A DNA stretch of 41,675 nt, taken from a virus. The position numbers were made by a program, and so were the translations under genes. Location of the stretch: the IMG/VR virus record IMGVR_UViG_3300025087_000160, one strand, 5' to 3'. The notes beneath the pieces are model-generated. The model had not been told where the DNA came from, searched no databases, and worked only from the letters and a program-made list of their open reading frames with translations. Position 1 is the stretch's first letter. The number at the start of each line of letters is the position of its first letter. Below, piece by piece: positions 33,134 to 39,389 of the stretch.

Positions 33134-33451
33134 GCTTTCGGCGATTTTCCGTTCGCTCTCAGCTACTCCTTTTAATGCTGAAATTGAAATTTGAGCTTCC
33201 CAACTTCTTGCTGGAGGTGTTCCTGGAGTTGTCGGTGCACCGAGAGCTTGGGTTGCAACATTTTGCTCGACGTTTCCTATCTGTGGGTTGGTCGTGGGAA
33301 CTGCAGAAGGCGCGACCTGAATACCAGGTGCTGCTGCACTCATACTTTCAAGTTGTGGTATATCTATTCCTCTACGTTTAGTTGCTTCTTTGAGTGCTTG
33401 AATTCCCCCTAGGCCTATTCCAAATGATCCCGTATTTTGATTAGGTTGCAT
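33116..33451 (-). CDS. Opposite-strand hypothetical protein (111 aa), low-complexity G/A/P/T-rich
   Basis: Internal ATG at 33451 lies 7 nt downstream of TGtTACAAT on the minus strand. Converges on and overlaps the 3' end of ORF 32435..33133. Confidence 0.45.
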   Translation of the reverse strand: MQPNQNTGSFGIGLGGIQALKEATKRRGIDIPQLESMSAAAPGIQVAPSAVPTTNPQIGNVEQNVATQALGAPTTPGTPPARSWEAQISISALKGVAESERKIAESLAGLR

Positions 33452-33458
33452 AATATAA

Positions 33459-33467
33459 ATTGTAACA
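33459..33467 (-). promoter_or_regulatory. Extended -10 TGtTACAAT (minus strand), 7 nt before the ATG at 33451
   Basis: Complement of 33459..33467 reads TGTTACAAT. Confidence 0.5.
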
Positions 33468-33474
33468 TACCTAT

Positions 33475-33482
33475 TGTATAAT
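33475..33482 (+). promoter_or_regulatory. TG + TATAAT, 6 nt before the ATG at 33489
   Basis: TTGTATAAT-aaatta-ATG. Confidence 0.5.
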
Positions 33483-33488
33483 AAATTA

Positions 33489-33707
33489 ATGGTTTCAACT
33501 AATTTTAGTAAGGTTTCTGTAAATTCGACTGGTTTTAGCAAACCTACTCAGGTTTCTACTGGATTTGGCATCAAGGATACAAATACTGACGTTTTATTAC
33601 TTCAGAATGGAACGGATAGCTTACTTTTGCAAAACGGAACGGATGAACTTTTATTAGGCGGAAATGGTGAATTAGAAAGTACGAATTATTCGCGAATTTT
33701 CGCTTAA
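33489..33707 (+). CDS. Hypothetical protein (72 aa) with LLLQNGTD repeats
   Basis: The track start at 33474 is a TTG inside the promoter, so I used the first ATG. Contains VLLLQNGTDSLLLQNGTDELLL. Confidence 0.5.
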   Translation: MVSTNFSKVSVNSTGFSKPTQVSTGFGIKDTNTDVLLLQNGTDSLLLQNGTDELLLGGNGELESTNYSRIFA

Positions 33708-33711
33708 GAAT

Positions 33712-33717
33712 TATAAT
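33712..33717 (+). promoter_or_regulatory. -10 hexamer TATAAT, 6 nt before the ATG at 33724
   Basis: TATAAT-taaaat-ATG. Confidence 0.45.
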
Positions 33718-33723
33718 TAAAAT

Positions 33724-34167
33724 ATGACATTTCAAAAAGGGAATCAATTTGGTAAAACCAATAAAGGTAGAAGGGGACAAACTCCTTGGAATAAAGGATT
33801 ATCTGCCAAAGACGATATAAGAATAAGTAAATCTATACAAGCTGCAAATAAAGCAAGAAAAGACCAACTAGCGTGGAATAAAGGATTAAAAGGATATAAA
33901 ATGGGAGAAAATAATTATGGATGGAAAGGTGAAAATGTTAGTTATGTTGGGCTTCATCAATGGTTGTATCGAGAATTAGGACAATCTGATACTTGTAAAT
34001 TTTGTGGGCAAACGGGTTTAAAAGGTAAAAAGATTCATTGGGCAAATAAAAGTGGAAAGTATAAAAGAGAACTCACAGATTGGATAAGACTATGTATGAG
34101 TTGTCATTGGAAATATGACCGAATTTCAGAAAAAAGAAACCGTAATTTTCAAGGGAGATTTATTTAA
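33724..34167 (+). CDS. HNH-like homing-endonuclease family protein with WNKG repeats (147 aa)
   Basis: PWNKGLSAKD and AWNKGLKGY repeats. C-terminal CKFCG...KIHWANK...LCMSCH. Confidence 0.65.
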   Translation: MTFQKGNQFGKTNKGRRGQTPWNKGLSAKDDIRISKSIQAANKARKDQLAWNKGLKGYKMGENNYGWKGENVSYVGLHQWLYRELGQSDTCKFCGQTGLKGKKIHWANKSGKYKRELTDWIRLCMSCHWKYDRISEKRNRNFQGRFI

Positions 34168-35229
34168 ATGGCATCACAAAAACTCACCGATCTTGCAGCA
34201 ATTTCGACTCCTGCGACAGCGGATGTTTTATATATTATAGATTCTTCTGATACAAGTGATAACGCAAGCGGATCTTCTCGACGAATTACTTTTGGCAGTT
34301 TAATTGAATCATCAACTATTACATTAACTAACAAAACACTCACTAGTCCTACTATAAATTCTCCTGTTTTAAGTAGTATACAGGTTCAAGATACCTCAGC
34401 GGATCATCAATACGTTTTCGCAGTTAGTGAATTAGTCGCTGACAGGATAGTTACTTTACCTCTTTTAACGGGTAATGATGAGTTTGTATTTAAAGACTTC
34501 ACACAAACCCTTACAAACAAAACGCTTACATCACCTGTCTTTGACACAAATGCTGATCTCAATGGGGTTGAACTTATTTTAGATGCCGATGCAGATTCTT
34601 CTCTTACTGCTGATACAGATGATAGGTTCGATTTCAAACTCGGGGGTTCGGATAGATTCAGAGTGGGAACTTCTGATTTTGACATTGTTACCGCAACTGG
34701 GAATATTCAGGTAGCAGGAGCTGATCCAAAAAGAGGTATTTATGTTCCATCCTCGGCAATGTATGGAGCAACAACATCGGGTGCGGCATCGGGACAATAT
34801 GAATCAGCCACCAATAAAGTTAATGTAAAGGTTTTAGATTTTGATACAAGTGCGGATGAATACGCCTGTTTTAACATTCCAGCCCCGGACTATTGGGACT
34901 TATCAACAATAACAGTCCAATTCCACTGGACAGCGGCAAGCGGATCGGGGACTGTTTGTTTTGGTTTGGCAGGACTAGCAAGAAGCGATGACGATGCTTT
35001 AGATACGGCTTACGGGACAGTTCAGACGGCAACGGATACTTTAATTACGGCATTGGATGAACACATCAGTCCAGCGACTTCGGCGATAACCGTCGGAGGA
35101 ACGCCAGCCAAAGGGGATATGTTGTACCTCAGGATTTTAAGAGATGTTTCTGAGGATACCCTGGGGGTTGATGCAAGGCTTTTGGGGGTGAGGATTAAAT
35201 TTGGAATTTCTCAATACGATGATAGTTGA
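34168..35229 (+). CDS. Tail fibre protein
   Basis: The N-terminus MASQKLTDLAAISTPATADVLYIIDSSD....SRRITFGSL is a common phage-fibre N-terminal signature. LTNKTLTSP repeats. The C-terminal domain is shared with ORF 24373. Confidence 0.65.
   Translation: MASQKLTDLAAISTPATADVLYIIDSSDTSDNASGSSRRITFGSLIESSTITLTNKTLTSPTINSPVLSSIQVQDTSADHQYVFAVSELVADRIVTLPLLTGNDEFVFKDFTQTLTNKTLTSPVFDTNADLNGVELILDADADSSLTADTDDRFDFKLGGSDRFRVGTSDFDIVTATGNIQVAGADPKRGIYVPSSAMYGATTSGAASGQYESATNKVNVKVLDFDTSADEYACFNIPAPDYWDLSTITVQFHWTAASGSGTVCFGLAGLARSDDDALDTAYGTVQTATDTLITALDEHISPATSAITVGGTPAKGDMLYLRILRDVSEDTLGVDARLLGVRIKFGISQYDDS
35194..35229 (+). repeat. Tail-fibre 3' end, original copy of a short duplication
   Basis: ATTAAATTTGGAATTTCTCAATACGATGATAGTTGA. 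Confidence 0.8.
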
Positions 35230-35276
35230 GGTTGCACATTACAACGGTATGTCGAGATTCACTTTAATATTTCAAA

Positions 35277-35310
35277 ATTAAATTTTATTTCCCAATACGA
35301 CGATCAATAA
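35277..35310 (+). repeat. Degenerate duplicate of the tail-fibre 3' end, abutting the HNH start
   Basis: ATTAAATTTTATTTCCCAATACGACGATCAATAA. The ISQYDD codons are retained with synonymous changes. Confidence 0.75.
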
Positions 35311-35312
35311 AT

Positions 35313-35906
35313 ATGGCAAACACCCACCCCCGTATTACCAAGGTTTGCGAAACCTGCGAAAAATCGTTTGAGGTTTTTCCTTTTCGTAAAGACATAGCAA
35401 GATTTTGCTCTCACCCCTGTTACGCAAAGACAGTCCATTTGCAGAAAAAAACTAAGAAGTGGTATGAAGCGATGAAGAACCAGACACCCTGGAATAAAGG
35501 GAAAGAGTGGTCTAAAGAAATGCGAAAGAAATTATCTGAAGGGCAAAAAGAGAGGTACAAAGACGGAGTAGCTTGGAATAAAGGAAATAAGGGGTTTATG
35601 GCTGGGGAGAAACACTACCGCTGGAAAGGCGACAACAGTAAGCGGGCAGAAATAAAAAGATTAAGAGGGTTGCAGGAATGGAAAGACTGGAGAGAATTTG
35701 TTTTCCAAAGAGATAATTATACCTGCGTGCTTTGTGGTAATGGAGGAGAACTTCATTCGCACCATATCAAAAGTGCCACAGACTTCTTTAAAAGCGTTGT
35801 TGACCCCGATAACGGAGTAACAGTATGTGTGATTTGTCACAACCTTGTCCATTCAGATAGACAACTCAAGGAGGCTGGCTGGTACACCAGAAAGGATAAC
35901 AAATGA
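35313..35906 (+). CDS. HNH homing endonuclease
   Basis: CETC..FCSHPC N-terminus. PWNKGKEW and AWNKGNKG repeats. CVLCG..LHSHHI...N..VCVICH HNH motif. Confidence 0.85.
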   Translation: MANTHPRITKVCETCEKSFEVFPFRKDIARFCSHPCYAKTVHLQKKTKKWYEAMKNQTPWNKGKEWSKEMRKKLSEGQKERYKDGVAWNKGNKGFMAGEKHYRWKGDNSKRAEIKRLRGLQEWKDWREFVFQRDNYTCVLCGNGGELHSHHIKSATDFFKSVVDPDNGVTVCVICHNLVHSDRQLKEAGWYTRKDNK

Positions 35907-36583
35907 ATACTTATTCTTTAGACTTAGAAGCAAGCAGTTCTCAATATGCTGATCGTGCAGATACTACCTCTTTATCTATTACAGGAGATTTGACTATTGA
36001 GGCGTGGGTTAAACCCGAATCGGCGGCACAATTTTCAGTTTTTTCCAAATTTAAGTCAGTAGGAAACTTGAAAAGCTACGAGTTTAGCGTAGTACCGACG
36101 AGTACACTTAGATTAAATATAAGCGCCAATGGAGCTGATGCAACAGAGGTGCTTTCAACTGGAACAGTTAGTACAGGTGTATGGACTCATGTTGCGGTAA
36201 GTTATGATGCCAGCGCTGGAACTTGTGAGTTCTATATAAATGGGGTTTGGAATAGTCAGGGCACAAGTTTACCAACTTCTATAAATGATAATGCTTCAAG
36301 ACCGACACTTGGAGCAAGAGCAGAGGATGGAAACTTGTATTTTGATGGACTTATTGACGAAGTTCGGGTTTGGAACGATATAAGAATAGATACTGAGATA
36401 CTTGCAAATTACAACACAGAATTGGTAGGAAGCGAGAGTGGTTTGGTTGGATATTGGAAGCTCAACAATGACTATACAGATGAAACAGCAAATGCAAATG
36501 ATTTAACAGCAAGTGGAAGTCCAGTTTTTTCAACAGATGTGCCATTTACAGAAGCGGTTGGCTTTATTTTTATAAGTTCATGA
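35903..36583 (+). CDS. LamG/concanavalin-A-like lectin domain protein
   Basis: TIEAWVKP....W.HVAVSYD......FYING........LG.R......FDGLIDEVRVWN. ATGA-coupled to the HNH gene. Confidence 0.65.
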   Translation: MNTYSLDLEASSSQYADRADTTSLSITGDLTIEAWVKPESAAQFSVFSKFKSVGNLKSYEFSVVPTSTLRLNISANGADATEVLSTGTVSTGVWTHVAVSYDASAGTCEFYINGVWNSQGTSLPTSINDNASRPTLGARAEDGNLYFDGLIDEVRVWNDIRIDTEILANYNTELVGSESGLVGYWKLNNDYTDETANANDLTASGSPVFSTDVPFTEAVGFIFISS

Positions 36584-36786
36584 AAACTAATAATACAATA
36601 GCCTGGAGAATACAGAGCCTTGAAAAAAAGGTAGATGATCTTAATACTGACGTTAATAATTTACTTCAAAACCATATTCCTCATATAAACGAACAAATGG
36701 CTTCTTTAAAAACAAGGATAAGTGTATTGAGTGCTGTAAATATAGGTGCAATTATAGTCGGTATTCTGATTGCCAAGTATTTATGA
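36580..36786 (+). CDS. Holin-like small membrane protein (68 aa)
   Basis: Coiled N-terminal half and a C-terminal hydrophobic helix VLSAVNIGAIIVGILIAKYL. Lies upstream of the M23 peptidase. Confidence 0.45.
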   Translation: MKTNNTIAWRIQSLEKKVDDLNTDVNNLLQNHIPHINEQMASLKTRISVLSAVNIGAIIVGILIAKYL

Positions 36787-36792
36787 GTATTG

Positions 36793-36924
36793 ATGACTAT
36801 TCTTGAAAACCATTTACCACATTTACAACAAGCTGTGGGGAAAAATAGTACAATAATAAAGATGGCTACCATATTAAACATCGGTACTATAATATTGGCG
36901 GCGGTATTGCTAAAGTTTATATAA
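36793..36924 (+). CDS. Short paralogue (43 aa) of the preceding holin-like protein
   Basis: Hand translation: NHLPHLQQ...ILNIGTIILAAVLLKFI compared with NHIPHINEQ...AVNIGAIIVGILIAKYL. Confidence 0.4.
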   Translation: MTILENHLPHLQQAVGKNSTIIKMATILNIGTIILAAVLLKFI

Positions 36925-36927
36925 TAA

Positions 36928-37809
36928 ATGTTATCCAAATCATTTAAGGAGGATCACAAGATAGATGGAATTTTCGGAGAGACAAGGAGCTACGGATTCC
37001 ATAGCGGGGTTGATTGGAATGGAATAGGAGGAGGAAATACAGATTGTGGCTATAAATTGTATCCAATTAGGCAAGGAGAAATTGTCTTTACTTCATACGC
37101 AAATACGGGATATGGCAATATTGTTGTATATAAAATTAAGGGAGTTTTTGGAGAGCGGTGGATAAGGTACGCACATTGCAGGGAAATACTCGTTAGAAGC
37201 GGTCTGGTGGGCCTAGACACGGTGATAGCAACGCTTGGCACAACAGGTAACAGTACAGCATGCCACCTACACTGGGATTGCATAAAAAAGCCTTTTACTA
37301 ACTGGCGCACTTATGCTAAAACACAAGAACTTTTAAACGAATATTTTGAAGACCCAACCTCATTCTTTAACAAATACAAGGATGAGGAGGATAATGAAGA
37401 TATGCCAAAATGGTTTACGACCTTATTAAATGAAAGAGAGCTTACAATAGATGATAAGAGTAAAATATGTGAGATATTTGGAAAGGCTAAAGATTATGAC
37501 AGCAAGATTAAAGAATTTACAGAACAAGTTAAAAGTGCTAATGAGATGCTTTCGAGTAAATCACTTGAAGTATCTAATCTCACAACTAAATGTGAAAAAC
37601 TTGACAGCAAGATATTTGAATTGGAAGCACAGTATAACAAGGAAAGAGATAAATATAATAAGGAATCTTGGGAGAAAGAAAAACTTAAAATCTCACTTAA
37701 GAGGCTTGAGGAAGAAATTGTTACACTTAACAAAAGGATTGAAACCTTGGAAAGCAAAAACTCACTAATGAGTTATAGCTGGATTACACGATTTAAGAGT
37801 CTTTTTTAG
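36928..37809 (+). CDS. M23 (LytM-type) peptidase with C-terminal coiled coil, putative endolysin
   Basis: HSGVDW ... HLHWD metal-binding motifs. About 130 C-terminal residues of heptad-like K/E/L sequence. Confidence 0.7.
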   Translation: MLSKSFKEDHKIDGIFGETRSYGFHSGVDWNGIGGGNTDCGYKLYPIRQGEIVFTSYANTGYGNIVVYKIKGVFGERWIRYAHCREILVRSGLVGLDTVIATLGTTGNSTACHLHWDCIKKPFTNWRTYAKTQELLNEYFEDPTSFFNKYKDEEDNEDMPKWFTTLLNERELTIDDKSKICEIFGKAKDYDSKIKEFTEQVKSANEMLSSKSLEVSNLTTKCEKLDSKIFELEAQYNKERDKYNKESWEKEKLKISLKRLEEEIVTLNKRIETLESKNSLMSYSWITRFKSLF

Positions 37810-37812
37810 GGG

Positions 37813-38073
37813 ATGAGTAGAATGGTAAAAGAAAACTTTCCTGAAATATATAGAATTTTATATAGGGGCATAAGAGCCGCAGTCGCAACAGGTCTAACTC
37901 AGGCGTGGCTTCTGAAACCGGACTGGGGGAATCTTGAGGAATCTCTGCGGGCAGTTAGTGTTGCTTTTGCTACAGGATTTGTGGTTTCTCTAGGAATGTG
38001 GATTCGTGATTTTGTAGATGAGAGGTTTGATTGGAAACCTAATGGAGTCGTTCAAAGAATAATGCCAATTTAA
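37813..38073 (+). CDS. Putative holin (two hydrophobic segments)
   Basis: IRAAVATGLTQAWLL and AVSVAFATGFVVSLGMWI. Immediately follows the peptidase. The alternative ATG at 37822 has better SD spacing. Confidence 0.45.
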   Translation: MSRMVKENFPEIYRILYRGIRAAVATGLTQAWLLKPDWGNLEESLRAVSVAFATGFVVSLGMWIRDFVDERFDWKPNGVVQRIMPI

Positions 38074-38074
38074 A

Positions 38075-38290
38075 ATGAGAGAGCTTGATTTATCAGACCT
38101 GCACGCAATCCTTACGGGGCAGGAACTAGATCTTGAACAGCTGGAAAAAATCTATGGGCCAGTTAAAGAGCGTGTACGTGGCAGGAGACCAGCCACCCCG
38201 CATGAAATTGAGGTGGTTCTAAATGGAAAGAAAAGACCATTTATCAGAAATAGAAAGACCGGAAATTGCCGGGGAAAAAACACTTTATGA
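38075..38290 (+). CDS. Hypothetical protein (71 aa)
   Basis: Track ORF. Overlaps the next ORF by 68 nt. Confidence 0.4.
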   Translation: MRELDLSDLHAILTGQELDLEQLEKIYGPVKERVRGRRPATPHEIEVVLNGKKRPFIRNRKTGNCRGKNTL

Positions 38291-38444
38291 AAAAGGATCT
38301 TTTAAGCGGGTAAGAAGATGGTACAAGGGACTTCATCCAGAAAAGGGAATTTTGCATCTTCGGGGCATATCAGGTAAAGAAACTATTGCTATTGAAGAAA
38401 GAATTCGGCCTCAAGGGACTTATGTAGTTGAAAAAGAAAAATAG
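38223..38444 (+). CDS. Hypothetical basic protein (73 aa)
   Basis: GAGGTGG SD 6 nt upstream of the ATG. Confidence 0.5.
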   Translation: MERKDHLSEIERPEIAGEKTLYEKGSFKRVRRWYKGLHPEKGILHLRGISGKETIAIEERIRPQGTYVVEKEK

Positions 38445-38498
38445 CTACTGACATGCTCCCGCTTATGGTGCAGATGCCAAAAATAGATTGAAAAATTA

Positions 38499-38562
38499 AA
38501 AACAAGCGGAGCTATTCTGTTGTACACTATCCTGTCTGAATAATGAAGACCCCGCTTGTTTT
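38499..38562 (+). other. 11-bp inverted repeat AAAACAAGCGG / CCGCTTGTTTT (42-nt spacer)
   Basis: Arms at 38499..38509 and 38552..38562, in the 273-bp non-coding region. Confidence 0.8.
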
Positions 38563-38579
38563 AACTGCCTTCGAGCAAA

Positions 38580-38650
38580 CTTTGTAACTGAAATACTACA
38601 AAGCATATAGCAACTCCAGCGTTCTTTAACTGTAGCATATAAGTTAAAGA
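38580..38650 (+). other. Two related hairpins (CTTTGTA/TACAAAG and TCTTTAAC/GTTAAAGA)
   Basis: Arms at 38580..38586/38597..38603 and 38623..38630/38643..38650. Both left arms are followed by ACTG. Confidence 0.75.
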
Positions 38651-38676
38651 TAGTTCAACTAGAAATATTGTCGTTC

Positions 38677-38705
38677 TTGACAAGGGGTAAAATAAGTTAT
38701 AAATT
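38677..38705 (+). promoter_or_regulatory. Candidate promoter for the replication module
   Basis: TTGACA at 38677..38682. -10 candidates are TATAAA (15-nt spacer) or TAAATT (17-nt spacer). ATG at 38718. Confidence 0.45.
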
Positions 38706-38717
38706 AGATATATAAAT

Positions 38718-38957
38718 ATGAAAGATGAACTTCAGTTAGAGACCTACTACCTCAAAGCAAAAGCCCTTATACAAAGAGTAAAAGATATTTCTTTTGGTAT
38801 TTCTCGTCTTGAACAGAAATTCCCCGACAGAACTCTTAATCCTGAAAGAAAAGCATGGATGCTTGATACTTATTTGGCTTACAAATTTGACCTCGAAGAC
38901 GTCTTCAAAGACTTAGAAAAATTATACAAAGAATATAAAGATGGCGATACCAAGTAA
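38718..38957 (+). CDS. Hypothetical protein (79 aa)
   Basis: First ORF after the non-coding region. Confidence 0.55.
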   Translation: MKDELQLETYYLKAKALIQRVKDISFGISRLEQKFPDRTLNPERKAWMLDTYLAYKFDLEDVFKDLEKLYKEYKDGDTK

Positions 38958-39141
38958 TTTTTATATCAATCACAATAAATTTCAGGAATATTCTGATAAG
39001 GCGATAGACTGGTTTTTGCGAAGTTGTGAATTTAAACACGGTTCTGACGAGTGGCTGATTTGTCGATTGAAAAGAAAGATATTTATGAAAAAAGCACTGC
39101 AACAGTTGCAGTTAGCTAGAAAGTGTCTTGATATAGACTGA
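38941..39141 (+). CDS. Hypothetical protein (66 aa)
   Basis: Overlapping, co-oriented ORF. Confidence 0.5.
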   Translation: MAIPSNFYINHNKFQEYSDKAIDWFLRSCEFKHGSDEWLICRLKRKIFMKKALQQLQLARKCLDID

Positions 39142-39156
39142 TACGAAAAGATGACG

Positions 39157-39183
39157 TTGACTAAAGTAAAGTTTCTTTATAAT
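39157..39183 (+). promoter_or_regulatory. Promoter TTGACT-15-TATAAT, 8 nt before the ATG at 39192
   Basis: -35 at 39157..39162, -10 at 39178..39183. Confidence 0.45.
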
Positions 39184-39191
39184 ATCTAAAT

Positions 39192-39389
39192 ATGGTAGCC
39201 TTCAGAGTAATAGATAAACGAGGTATTGAGGCAATTTTCTTTACTAGAGAAGAATTTCAGTTACTCCAACAATGGTTAAAAGAAAATATCAGTTGTATAA
39301 CCTGTTTTCAAAGAAGTATTGAAAAAGGGTGGACAGAAAGAGAAATTGAAATGGTAAATAAACTGTTCAGTAAAAATTTCAAGATATGA
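39192..39389 (+). CDS. Hypothetical protein (65 aa)
   Basis: Track ORF. ATGA-coupled to the initiator gene. Confidence 0.55.
   Translation: MVAFRVIDKRGIEAIFFTREEFQLLQQWLKENISCITCFQRSIEKGWTEREIEMVNKLFSKNFKI

Noticed and set aside
33103-33412. Plus-strand ORFs 33103..33381 and 33191..33412.
   Set aside because: They have no start signals and their products are odd (Cys/Leu/Arg-rich). The minus-strand frame has a promoter-adjacent ATG, so they are treated as shadows of ORF 33116..33451. That minus-strand call is itself only moderately confident.
24991-36583. Diversity-generating retroelement targeting the LamG or fibre C-termini.
   Set aside because: No reverse transcriptase ORF is present, and I saw no template/variable repeat pair with adenine-specific differences.
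37451-37768. ORFs 37451..37768 (+) and 37494..37757 (-) inside the 3' half of the M23 peptidase gene.
   Set aside because: The region is low-complexity A/G-rich coiled-coil coding DNA that stays open in several frames. The M23 frame is continuous from its catalytic domain.
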